64,000 bases of DNA from Botryllus schlosseri. Its lineage: Eukaryota. A model generated the notes under the pieces. The model was not told the DNA's origin and ran no database searches. It worked only from the letters and a program-made list of their open reading frames with translations. Positions 49,620 through 62,419 of the stretch are shown piece by piece. Location of the stretch: contig CM119372.1 in the NCBI GenBank assembly GCA_051294905.1, positions 15,006,001 to 15,070,000 on the forward strand. The letters are read 5' to 3'. Both the position numbers and the translations under genes were made by a program. Positions within the stretch are counted from its first letter, which is position 1. Every line of letters begins with the position of its first letter.

Positions 49620-52495
49620 TTTCCGACAAATCCTGTCATTAGAACTTATGTTACATGCATGGCGGATTGAAAAAAGGGTAATATGCTACCAATGACTTGT
49701 CTTCCATTGCATTCAAAGATGATACATTCAAACCCGATTCAAAAATTTTTCGCGCCAGATCCTGTTATTAGAACTTGTGTTATATCATTGCTGGATCAAA
49801 AAATAAGTAGTATGCTACCAATGGCCTGTCTTCCATTGCGTTTAAATTGGATACTTTCAAATCCGATTCTAAATCTTTTCGCTCCAGATCCTGTCATTAG
49901 AACTTGTGTTACATCCATGATGGATCAAAAAATAATTAGCATATATACTACCAATGACTAGGGCTGGGCAAAATCGAGTGCCTGAGTGATTCGATTCTGA
50001 ATCACTTATTACGCTTCGAGTCGAGTATTCGAGTATCACTTATTATGATGTCACAACAAAATGTACCATGTCAAAGTTCAAATATGCACATTTCAAGCGA
50101 CCACAAAGAACATAATGTCTGTTACCCGTCACATCAATGATACTTTGGTATTTTTTCGACCATACCGATTTCATTGTACTTCTTGACAATGTTGTGGGAT
50201 GATCATGACTTCGGAAATGTGTCATTTCCAGTAACGTTCGTAGCCTTGTACTATGTCTCGTATGTTGCGACACGGCCAATCAAGTTTCAAGACTACCTCA
50301 GTGAAAAATAGTATGAAATCTACAATTCTCGTTCGTAAATTAACTTTCATTTGTGAGGAGCGTACAATTACAGTACTCGAAAAAATCGTCATTTACTACT
50401 CGACTCGAATCATTAAAATTAATACTCGATTCAGATTCGAGTACTCGAATCATTGTGCCCAGCCCTACCAATGACTTGTTTTCCATTGCATTCAAAGATG
50501 ATACATTCAAATCCGATTCTGAATCTTTTCGAGCCATTTCCTGTCATTAGAACTTGTGTTATATCATTGATGGATCCAAAAATAAGTAGTATGCTACCAA
50601 TGGCCTGTCTTCAATTGCGTTTGAATTGGATACTTTCATATCCGATTCAAAATTTTTGCGCGCCAGAACCTGTCATTAGAACTTGTGTTCCATCCTTGAT
50701 GGATCAAAAAATATGTAGCATATATACTACCAATGACTTGTCTTCCATTGCATTCGCAGAGGATACATTCAAATGCGATTCTAAATCTTTGCGCGCCAGA
50801 TCCTGTCATTAGAATTTGTGTTATATCCTTGATGGATAAAAAATAAGTGGCATATATACTACCAATGACTTGTCTTCCATTGCATTCAAAGAGGATACTT
50901 TCAAATCCGATTCAGAATTTTTGCGCGCCAGATCCTGTCATTAGAACTTGTGTTATATCCTTGATGGATCAAAAAATAAGTAGCATATATACTACCAATG
51001 AGTTGTCTTCCATTGCATTCGCAGAGGATACATTCAAATGCGATTCTAAATCTTTGCGCGCCAGATCCTGTCATTAGAATTTGTGTTATATCCTTGATGG
51101 ATAAAAAAACAAGTGGTATATATACTACCAATGACTTGTCTTCCATTGCATTCAAAGAGGATACTTTCAAATCCGATTCAGAATTTTTGCGCGCCAGATC
51201 CTGTCATTAGAACTTGTGTTATATCCTTGATGGATCAAAAAATAAGTAGCATATATACTACCAATGAGTTGTTTTCCATTGCATTCGCAGAGGATACATT
51301 CAAATCCGATTCTAAATCTTTTCGCTCCAGATCCTGTCATTAGAACTTCTGTTACATCCTTGATGGATCAAAAAATAAGTAGCATATATACTAGCAATGA
51401 CTTGTCTTCCATTGCATTCATAGATGATACATTCAAAAGCGATTCTGAATCTTTTCGCGCCATTTCCTGTCATTAGAACTTGTGTTATATCATTGATGGA
51501 TCAAAAAATAAGTAGTGTGGTACCAATGGCCTGTCTTCCATTGCGTTTAAATTGGATACTTTCAAATCCGATTCTAAATCTTTTCGCTCCAGATCCTGTC
51601 ATTAGAACTTCTGTTATATCCTTGATGGATCAAAAAATAAGTCACATATATACTACCAATGACTTGTCTTCCATGGCATTCAAAGAGGATACGTTCAAAT
51701 CCGATTCTAAATCTTTGCGTGCCAGATCCTGCGATTAGAATTTGTGTTATATCCTTGATGGATCAAAAAATAAGTCACATATATACTACCAATGACTGGT
51801 CTTCCATGGCATTCAAAGAGGATGCGTTCGAATCCGATTCTAAATCTTTGCGCGCCAGATCCTGCCATTAGAAGTTGTGTTACATCCTTGATGGATCAAA
51901 AATAAGTAGCATATATACTACCAATGACTTGTCTTCCATTGCATTCTCAGAGGATACATTCAAATTCGATTCCAAATCTTTTCGCGCCAGATCCTGTCAT
52001 TAGAACTTCTGTTACATCCTTGATGGATCAAAAAATAAGTCACATATATACTACCAATGACTTGTCTTCCATGGCATTCAAAGAGGATACGTTCGAATCC
52101 GATTCTAAATCTTTGCGCGCCAGATCCTGCGATTAGAATTTGTGTTATATCCTTGATGGATCAAAAAATAAGTCACATATATACTACCAATGACTTGTCT
52201 TCCATGGCATTCAAAGAGGATGCGTTCGAATCCGATTCTAAATCATTGCGCGCCAGATCCTGCCATTAGAAGTTGTGTTACATCCTTGATGGATCAAAAA
52301 TAAGTAGCATATATACTACCAATGACTTGTCTTCCATTGTATTCTCAGAGGATACATTCAAATTCGATTCCAAATCTTTTCGCGCCAGATCCTGTCATTA
52401 GAACTTCTGCTACATCCTTGATGGATCAAAAAATAAGTCACATATATACTACCAATGACTTGTCTTCCATGGCATTCGAAGAGGATACATTCGAT
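49620..52495 (+). repeat. 133-bp tandem satellite, about 17-18 units
   Basis: The unit ctaccaatgacttgtcttccattgcattc...cctgtcattagaact...gatggatcaaaaaataag recurs every 132-133 bp. Confidence 0.97.
49959..50467. mobile_element. TAGGGCTGGGCA-family MITE inserted in the satellite
   Basis: TIRs plus perfect TSD ccaatgac. Confidence 0.93.
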
Positions 52496-53612
52496 CCCGG
52501 ATCTTGTGTTATGTTACAAGCCATATCCTGAAATGGTGGAAGTATAACGTAGACGTGAAATTAATGTCGTGAATATTTACACCAGTACAATAGAAGTATA
52601 GCGATGTCCAATTAATATCAGAACTATTTAAACTGGGAGTTGGAAATGAAGATTTGAAAAAGTATTTAAGCGAGCAGTTGGAAAAAGTAGATTTAACGGA
52701 TCGAATGTGGCTGATTACTCTAGGAATTGCAGGTTCGTTGTTGTTGTTGTTGTTTATTGAAATAAAAATTTGGCGCTTATCACCTGTTGATCTTTTGCAC
52801 CACGATCAATAATTGCGTAAGAAATGAAATGCAGTCAATGAGGGTGTACGTATTGGATAGACATAATATTTACAAAATAGCATTTCAGTGAAACGAAAGA
52901 ATATCAAGGCCAGAAAAAGGAAATTCCGGAGCGGTAAAACATTAAACATCCACGGCTATTCACAAAATTACGGTTGCAGGATAACACAAATTCAATTGTG
53001 GAAGGAATGATTTGATCCTCGGTGAGGAGAATTTCAAGGCGGAAATCAACATTCAATTCGGCACATTTAGCAATGAGGAAAAGTACGATGGAAATCATAT
53101 TTTGCGCAGTGGGCAAAAAAAATGTTCAGTGGTTTCCGGATACCGACAAAGAGAGCAAAGTAGAGATTCCACTGAACCTATTCCAAACAAATCGCTATTC
53201 AGACGACAGTGACTGGACTGAAGACGAAACAGGATACTTTCTTCTACGCGGTTTCTACGTGCCGGTGGTTTGTTCGCAATAGATGAATTAAAAATTTTAT
53301 AATGATGTCCGTTGTCGGATGCTTGAAATTAAATTACAAGGTGAATCCACAAATAAGTGTGGCTGGACACGATGACTTGAGCGCTCAAATCTGAATCGTG
53401 TATAATTCCAATAATTCGAGTCGAGCAGTGAGATATGATTCTTTCGATAGTTTATTTTTCAACGAAATTATAGTTTCGATAATATTTTCCACTGAGGAAG
53501 CCTTGAAAACTTGATTGGTCGTATCAAAACATGTAGTACAGACCTACGTAGGCTGGTGGGAATTTATCAGGGAAGTCGTTATCAACCCACTTCGTTGTCA
53601 CAGATCGATATG

Positions 53613-53780
53613 TCATGTCGTGGTACGGTAAACTATAGAGGGCTTACTATAGCATTCGTTCAGTAGAAATTGTTTGTATTTCGACTTGAATGTGGACATG
53701 CTCGATGACTGTCGGATAACCGGCGAGATACTGTTCCACAAATCAAGTCCGGCATATTCGATAGAGCGATGGTCTTTTTT
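53613..53780 (-). mobile_element. L2/Crack LINE ORF-end fragment
   Basis: DHRSIEYAGLDLWNSISPVIRQSSSMSTFKSKYKQFLL, homologous to 1713-1904. Confidence 0.75.
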
Positions 53781-53814
53781 GTCTAACATTTTGTCTACTA
53801 ACATTAGGAATGCA

Positions 53815-54375
53815 TTTCTTAGCAAATTTGTAATTATAACATCTTTGAATCTGAGTCAAGTCTTTAAAATACGCTATGTGTGTAATATTAGGACAATATT
53901 GGGCAGAATGAAACCACAAACAAAGTGATCCTAATAACTAACTTTCTACTCAGTCTGGCCATGTTCTGAAGGACATGGCCTTTCTGTCGACTTTGTCTTC
54001 TAAACCGTGGACCTCTTGAATTCAATCCAGGGATACCTAGGTATCCCTCTCATAATCGTATGAAATGTTGACCCAAAATACGTTGACCATCAGCATCAAC
54101 ATGAACATTATGTCACGCGTATCCTGCTATAGCCTAAAATTATATGACAGTGAAACCTTACCAGTTCCTTTGTCATCGGTTTTGCGCGAATCGGTGGTTT
54201 TTCAGATGTATCAAAATCTTTTCCCGCCAAATCCTGCAATTAGAAATGTGTTAGATCCTTGGCAGATTGACATGAAAATAAGTAATACCAATGACTTGTC
54301 TTCTACTGCATCCAGAGAGGATATATTCAAACCCGAATCTTGTGATTTGTTACAAGTCAGACCCGCCTATATGTG
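53815..54375 (+). repeat. Second unexpanded homolog of the satellite locus
   Basis: Aligns by eye with 49235-49740 and with the sequence just right of the satellite. Confidence 0.75.
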
Positions 54376-54889
54376 AAAGGTATCGTGGTAATTGCGTAAA
54401 AATGACTGTTGCATGGAATTTACCTGATGGTTTATGCCCTCGGCCACGGCTTCCAAAGCGCTCTGCTTCCCGTCTGGTTTTGAGTTCTAAAAAGTGTACG
54501 AATAAAATTGGACAATTAGTGAAATTGAAACAATGGAAAGACGTATCCTGACTAAAGCCTTCACGATAATATCTTCGTGGTTATGTCACTACAAAACTGC
54601 GGTACTCAACCCGTGGGGATTTCAGGAGTCTCAACTTAACCATTATCATATCCTTACTAAACAAAGTCAGACCTAAGTTGATTGGAGGGAGTATTTTTAA
54701 GGGGTGGATTTTAGGTTAAGGTGAATAAAGACTCCGAATACATCAAAGGTGGGAAATGAAAAAAGGGTTGGGAATCACTGCCACATACAGGAGTCAAATA
54801 TAGGAGCTGTCTCCATGCATACCTCGAATCTTGAATGGTTGTAAATCATGGTCAGGGTCGTGAATTGAAATTTTATAGGCCGCTAGAAA

Positions 54890-55925
54890 ATCCAGATTCA
54901 GCGTATGTCAGAGTTGCAATTTCATATCTTACGTGGTACAATAATTTCGTTATAACCTAGCCTACAATGTAATGAAAGACAGCATTCACCTGATGCTTTG
55001 AAGCCGGTTTTACATCAATAAATGATTTTTCAATCTTCTCCAAATTCTGAGCCGTTGCTCCCTGTTATCGTAAACGATTAATCTCACTCCCCATAATACA
55101 ACCAAAAGTACATTGTATCAAGTGCATGTAGGCCTATATCCATATTTGACGATAATCTGGATATCTCCTGATCTCAATTTTGTTCTTGTGACTCGTGCTG
55201 AGTCTAGAATCAATATTCACATAGATAGGAATATATATACATTGAGTGGCATATACTGTCTTGACAGCATGTAGAAAATGCTCAATCTTCCAGTCTAGAG
55301 GTTAGCCAAACTTTCTTTGGGTAGCTCCTTTTGACACAACAAACGGATCAACCAATAACCCTTATCCCTTATTCCTTCATTCTTCATTTATTATAGCTCA
55401 AAAGTCAGATTCAGCGTAAGTCAGAGTTGCAATTTCATATCTCACGAGAGTCACAAGTGGACTCGCACAAACATTTCTGATACAATCATTTTGTTATAAC
55501 CAGCAATGAAATGAAAGCCCTCACTTGATGTTTCGAAGCCGGTTTAGAATCGATGGGTAATTTTTCAATCTTCTCCAAATTCTGAGCCGTTGCACCCTGT
55601 TATCGTGAACGATTAATTTCACTCCCCACCATGCAACAAAAATTACATTACATCAAGTGCATTTCCATCCATGTTTGACGACAATCCGGATATCTTCTGA
55701 TCCCAACCTCGTTCTTGTGACTCGGGTTGAGTCTGGAATGATTATTATTCACATAGGAATATACGTTGAGGGTCATGGATTGTCTTTACAGCATGTGAAA
55801 AATGCTGAATGTTTCTAGAGGTCAGTCAGTGTTTGCCAAATTTATTTCAAGCAGCGCCTTCTGACACAGAAAACGGAGCAATCAGTACCCCTTATCCCTC
55901 ATTCCTTCATTTATTATAGCTCAAT
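54890..55925 (-). repeat. Two-copy ~515-bp tandem repeat, each copy with a putative 72-nt exon
   Basis: cagattcagcgta.gtcagagttgcaatttcatatct near 54892 and 55407; exons 55525-55596 and 54990-55061 (GATAQNLEKIEK..KPASKHQ) with taacag/gtga ends. Confidence 0.7.
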
Positions 55926-56011
55926 GTCCAACTCTACTGAGATAGATGGGTGTCAGTTTTGATAAGAACAATCAAAAGTCACCAAATACCATACTAGTCA
56001 GAGCTCGAGAT

Positions 56012-56275
56012 GACCGGACCACGATATGATATATCGACCTCGCCTTCCGTCACATGCTACCCTCATTTTTATTACGTGTCCTTTATGTTATCTCTACTAA
56101 TTTTCAGTTAGTGTGCAATGTGCATTGTGCGTGCATGCATCTTCTTTACATCGGCAAGGCCCAGGTGGGTGACTGATTCCAAAGAGTACTCCAAATCGTT
56201 TCTACACATCCACATCTTTTCATTGCATCACAATCTTGTGGTGTTTTGAAACGGAAATTATTAACAATAAACTGG
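56012..56275 (+). mobile_element. Diverged L2/Crack 3'UTR copy
   Basis: ccggaccacga, tttacatcggcaaggcccaggtgggtg, ttttcattgcatcaca. Confidence 0.6.
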
Positions 56276-56760
56276 ACTGAAGCAATGGTGTCCACCAGGA
56301 GTTTGGAAGGACTAGTGAACTTGACGGTCCCGTCGTTCTATTGTTTTAATGCTTTTCATGTCTACCAATGTTTAAGCCTTGAACCTCAATCAGTTGTATC
56401 ACAGCATCCGAAACATGTAGCACAAAGCATTGCAAGTTAATGAAAATGACATTTTTGTGAACTCGTGGTCAACCCACAGCATATAAAGTGTAGTGACACA
56501 GGTATGATAAAAAAATCAGCTTTATGGGGTAGAACAGTCTGCATTGTTTTCTACGTGGTCAAATAAAATGTATATTTAAACTTTCCAAATCAACCGTAAC
56601 ATAACCATGTTAAACTGTAAGATAAACATCTGCGGGCCGCGGGTTGAGAGCCCCTGATGTAGGATATCGGCCTGTGTAAACGACCATTGCACACGAAAAA
56701 CATCATATATGTCACAAACAACAACAACGCAGTATATGTAATTAGATATTAGGCGTGCAT

Positions 56761-58592
56761 TAGGGTTATGACTAGAAAAAAAAAATTCAAAATTTTGTGT
56801 GGATGTAGTCACAAATGATGAGCTTTTGTGTCCTGATTTCAAAACTCACAAAAGTTAAGACTGTTTGAACAAAAACCTCCCGCACAAAAAATTTCCAGTT
56901 TTCACTGTATGGAGGATAGGCTTTCTTTTGTAGATACAGACTATATAATTTATTTATCTACTGATTTGAATTTAAGTGACCCAATTCCAATTGCGAAGAT
57001 TTAAAATAGTATTTTGGTACATTTTGAACGCCCAGATTGAATTATTCCTATCGTGTTCTTGTTTACAGTCAATATTAAATAATTAATAAATAATTATTAA
57101 TTCCGATTTTAGATGTAGACTGTATATATCGTATAATTTCAATTTGTCTGGCAAAAATCAAACTGGGTGTTCGAAAAGGCGAAAGTAGAACAACTCTAGG
57201 TATTTTCAGCGGTCTAGAAAACCGCTTAGAAGAATATGATGTACAGGAAAATTTGAAAAACTCATATATCATATGTGACACCGTAGCATCTGTTGATACT
57301 GGACGGCAGAATGGCGTTGTTTCGAAACTGCGAAATGCAATGATGAGCATGGGTTTTCATATCCCTTGCCAACATCATATTATCGATTCTTAAAGCATAT
57401 ATTAGAGTTCTTCGATCCAACGTCTTGAAGAAATCCAACTCTCAGCTACAAATTTGGAGATGATGTGGTAAAACACTACGAAAACTAGGTGCAATCCACC
57501 AAGCACGAATTTCAGATGAAAATATTAGAAAACCGAGGATGTATAGATGATTTTAAGTTTATCTATGGCATGTGCAGAACATACCGTTCTTACGAATAAA
57601 ATAGTATAGATTACCACTGATCTAATGGCATAAACTTCCATCTCTACGCAATGCGAGAGGGTGCTCAAGGGTTGCGTTGCGTACTTCCACTTCCCCAGAT
57701 AGAGAATAACTCTGGAGATGCTTATTTATCGCGAATGCGTGTCAGGAAGACTGGTATTCTAACCAGATGTCTAAAGATGGAATATACTAGAGCCCGACCG
57801 ATTATCGGTTCGTCGATAATATCGAGACGATATCACACTTTGAAAGAATTATCGGTATCGGCTATTGGAGTTGAAAAATTAACGGCAATTTGCGTGTGAC
57901 GTCACAACATGGCGGAAGGAAGCCAGAAAACTATAATCTTTGATCGCTAGACTGAGAATATTGATATATTTCATATAGCTTACACTTTACAGGTGTCCAG
58001 ATGCAGCCTTTCTAGTGCATTTCATGTTCAAGTGTAACAATAGCTGTAAAGATGTTCAATTCAAATAAATGCCCTCTGAAGATTTGCTTATGTAGGCTAT
58101 ACATCCAACTTCTTTTGAATATCGGCTGAATGTATTGGGGTTATCGGCTAAGGTGTGAGATATTGGTTTTATCGGTATCGACCCAAAAATCCAATATCGG
58201 TCGGGCTCTAGAATATATCAAAGATTATTTGCTGCTATCTTTGCGGTCGAATGTCCTGCAGCGATAAAGTGCCCCAAAACCCCATTGGAAGTCGGATATG
58301 TCCGTCGTAGATGTCCCTGGCTTTAACATAATAACAGAAAGGGAAGTCAAATTGATGAATGAACTTTACAATAAGTGTAAAAGGACATATATTTGAAGAT
58401 CAAATTTGTAGCAAAGAATATCTTTGAATTTTAAATTTTTTCCATATTTGGACCAGTGTCGAAAATTGATGTTAGTTTGTGCGGGACATTTTTTTCGATT
58501 TGAACAAAATGATTATAATTTTATTAATTTATACCAAAATGTTCATCAATTCCTGCTACAGGCAATTTTTTTTTTTTTTAGTCATAACCCTA
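56761..58592 (+). mobile_element. Degenerate hATm-like DNA transposon with a transposase remnant
   Basis: TIR tagggttatgacta / tagtcataacccta; perfect TSD gcgtgcat; IICDTVASVDTGRQNGVVSKL..PCQHHII and LPSLRNAR motifs. Confidence 0.8.
57788..58210. mobile_element. hAT-type MITE with ATCGG repeats
   Basis: TIR tagagcccgaccgat / atcggtcgggctcta; TSD gaatatac/gaatatat. Confidence 0.9.
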
Positions 58593-58625
58593 GCGTGCAT
58601 ACCATAATTTCAGGTAGGTGTATGA

Positions 58626-59524
58626 CAGTGTTGGGATGACTCGAGTCAGACTCTAGTCACCTTTTTTGTAGGACTTGACTTGACTCGAGTCACTTTGCTA
58701 AAATGACTTCACTTGACTTGACTCGGCGTTTCAGAAATGTGGATTGACTCGTGACTCGGAGCAAAACTCACGAGTCAATTTCAAGTCATCGAGTAATCGG
58801 TGTCGATAAAAATCACTGTATCTTGCATGTTAGGATTGTTCGTCAAACGCTGGCGCAACCCGTGAGAGCGACCAATCATTCAATGATCGTGCGTTTTACT
58901 GAGCCTACATTATTCTCTCACTATATCTCTTGCTGTTCTCTAGTAGTAAAGTAGTTTAATACCAAAATATCTCTTTCTGTTCTTTCTGTTCTTACCTTAA
59001 CCGAACCTTTTGTTTTATTTAGAAATTGAAATCGAATATAGTTTATATACTCCTCAACCATTGGCGCAGACTCGAATTGTATCATATCAATATGTATAAA
59101 TTGGCAATGTATTGCATCTTATCAATTCGTTTCTTTATTCTTTATTTTGGCTGGTAACTATAAACTGAGGCTATGCAATTACTTACGCAGTTTAACAGTT
59201 CTACGTATATGTAAGCGATACAGCCCCTTATTGCATGTATATTTAACTCGATATTCGTTCGTCGGTTCCGAATCAATGACTAATCAATCTGCAATTCAGA
59301 TAGCTGGCGAAATGTAATGACGTAACCATGCTTCATACTTCGAAAAGGCAACTTGACTTGAATTTTGAATTGACTCGTGACTTGTCTTGACTTGACTCGA
59401 GTCACCTCCAAAAATCAAGTGACTTGACTTGACTCGAGTCACCTTTGAAAATCGATTGACTTGACTTGACTCGAGTCAAAATATGCAATGACTCGAAATG
59501 ACTCGTGACTTGATCCCAACACTG
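58626..59524. mobile_element. CAGTGTTGGGA-family MITE
   Basis: TIRs plus perfect TSD gtgtatga. Confidence 0.92.
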
Positions 59525-59946
59525 GTGTATGAAGGGAAAATACATTACATGTACTGTACAATGTACATGAGCAAGGGAATGTATTTGCTCCGCATTACGA
59601 ATTGGCTGTCTCAACTCCACAATTCGTACAACACTGTCGGTTTCCGAAATCGATAATGCGTTTCAACGTGCTGCGATTGTCCCATTGTTAGCGAATAGTG
59701 AGTGAAGCAGATTCGATTGTGCCTCACATGACTATTGTTTCTCTGGGCTGCCATTGTGCGTAATGAAGTAGAATTTCAAATTCCTTGGCGAATTTGATGG
59801 AGTTCTGTTGCTCTGACATTGTTAATATTCGGATTTTCGGAATCAATACGTCAATGGCATTTGATTGATACCAGGTATTATTATTTCTGAGTTGTTCATG
59901 CTGAATTGCATGGTCGCTGGTGAGGCACGACTCGCCCGTGCCTCAC

Positions 59947-60264
59947 CTGTGCGTCACCTCTCCTTTCGCGCTGTATTTTTGAACAGTAAATATTGGTGAT
60001 ATTGGGTGAAAAATGTTCAAATTTAGTTGTTCATGAACATCGACGGAACATATCATAATCATTGAAGGTTTTGACGATTGTCTTATACAATTATATCTCA
60101 CCTGAAACTTATACGCAGACACAGCAGAGTTCTTGCGCTGCAAGTAAAATATAATAACTTTAGTAAACACGGTAAACATATTATTTTTCAACGTCCTTAC
60201 CTTCCAGCAGGAGAAAATGCATAGGCAAGACAAAAATGCACAAAGATCTCTCCAATCTTGTCTT
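59947..60264 (-). CDS. Three putative micro-exons (60201-60264, 60102-60137, 59947-59970)
   Basis: Strong cag/gtaag, cag/gtgag and cag/gtgag sites with 63-nt and 131-nt introns. Confidence 0.4.
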
Positions 60265-62419
60265 CTGGAATACGAAAGAGTCGAGTAGACAAGAATTATG
60301 ATTACAGACGCGAACGGCCAATCAGTAATTAACCTAGTTATACTTTACGGCCAACACAATGATTTTTTCACGGGGATTTCAGATCCGTGTTGTTTCACTT
60401 AGTAGTTCGCATCGCGGCAATTGGTTGCTGATTAGAAACAGCGACTTTGACTGCATTGCTGCATTTCCTGATTTACCTTCGCAAAGCATTATTGTAGTAA
60501 TATTACGGGCAAGAAAAAAGCTCCAATTAGCAGGCATACACATTACACATATACACAACACATACACAATAATACACTGTTAACTTTCGTGCTCCGATTA
60601 AATAAGTACTTATCACAAAAATGCTTCACAAAATATTTTAAACGCGGCTTGCGGCACTTATCGATGCAAATATACTTTAATTTGTAAAAGGTGAAAGTAT
60701 ATTTGGCCGTCAAATCTCGATAGGAGATTGTGTTCTTAAGCGTGCGCGAAGAAATCTACGTTTCTAACGAGGTCACATTTGTATATGTACAGTACATCTA
60801 ATAAGGATCGTTAGTTTGCAGAAATAAGCATCAGTAGGTTGCGCCAAATACATACCAGTTACCAATTTTATCGAACTGTATAATCGGCAGTCAAGGTTGC
60901 GCTGATAAAAAAATTGCATGTTTACATGCCGCAAACCCGCAACGATTAGATGCCGATAATACATGGATCAAACAAGATGCATCATGTTGACGAACTTACG
61001 CGTAGAAGTTTGTCAGCTAGTCAGGCAGTACCATCACTTCGCAAGTTCCTGATCTCTCATGAATAAAAACTATTCACGAAGACGCGGGCGAACAATTGAC
61101 GCAATCTCGTTTACGACGAACTATTTCACAAATCAAATTAACAAAGTATGTTGTGGAATCTATTCTGCGATGGCACCGATTTCAGGTGATTTGGATCATT
61201 CTCATCACTGATAACTCGAGCCTTGCCCAACAACTTCTCATGATTTAATATTAGCGCCAGCCGCCAATCAATTATAACGCCGTTCGCGGCCAATTCGAAC
61301 TTCAATCTAACGTTGTCAGTCACCAGTAGGCCTATGACATAACAATCACATAGGTAGAAATAGCAGGTAAACTAGGCGAGGTCTGCAGCAGAGCCGATGT
61401 TGTCGGATGCACAATGCACATTGCACAAGGCCCGCTGTAGGCCCCGACTAGCCAGTCGGATTTGATCTTGAAATGGGGTCAGTGCAGCAAGAGCAATACG
61501 GACGCATGCCGCGACCCTTTCAATGGATATTGGATATCCATTTCTACCAAATGCCCAACGATTTGAAATTCGATATTGTTTCGCTCGATAGAGTCCACCC
61601 AGTAATCAAGTTTATTGGAATGTAGAAGGTTCAGTCTTCTAATCGAATAAATTCAGAATTTGAGCCACCGAGAACCTCGTGTTGCATCAATATCTGACAA
61701 CGTAATTCAACGCTGTGCACTGCAGAATGCGCCGTATTAATAACGAATCGAGCACTGACAAGTGACGGGGAACACGAGTAGCAGACACAAGAATTAGTCT
61801 AGGTGAGTGCAAACGAGAAAGCGCGCATCCAATCAATAATTCGTAACTTGCGTACAGCACATTGGGTTTCCAGGTTTGACACCGTGACAATTCTTTGCTC
61901 ATTATAACGGCGTTTAACCTGCATTGCTGCATTCCCGATTAAAATGTTGGCAAAGCCTTGCAGAGTTCCCAAACTCAAATGTGCTCGCGGGTCAATTTCC
62001 TGGATTGTGATGGCGCCGCGGGCCGCAGCACCAATAATAGCGGTACTCAATGTATTTGCAAATAGGCGCTGTTTAACGGGACCTTGTAGACTGGCATTTC
62101 ATACAGATCGTGAAAATGTGATTTACTATTGTGAATTCACGCCTAGCCCGAAAACATTACATTTTTAAATATATGAATAAATTTGTTGTTGTACTTGGCA
62201 TCGTGTGTCAAAAGAATTAGGTATAGACACCGTGTGATGGTATACATGCATCATGGCATCGTAAAATCTGTCGGGTTATAATTTTGCATCCAGCGGACAT
62301 ATTGACGTGCCACAATATTATATGTAGAATTGTAGGCCTCAGTAGAATATTTTAGAATTGACCAAAGATTGATCTGATATCAGAGCATAGAAGCAGCATA
62401 GCCGAATCTGGGTTTTCGG

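Noticed and set aside
49620..52495. CRISPR array or repeat-protein gene
   Set aside because: Units are contiguous 133-bp homologs with no unique spacers. 133 is not a multiple of 3, so the short ORFs rotate frames and stop.
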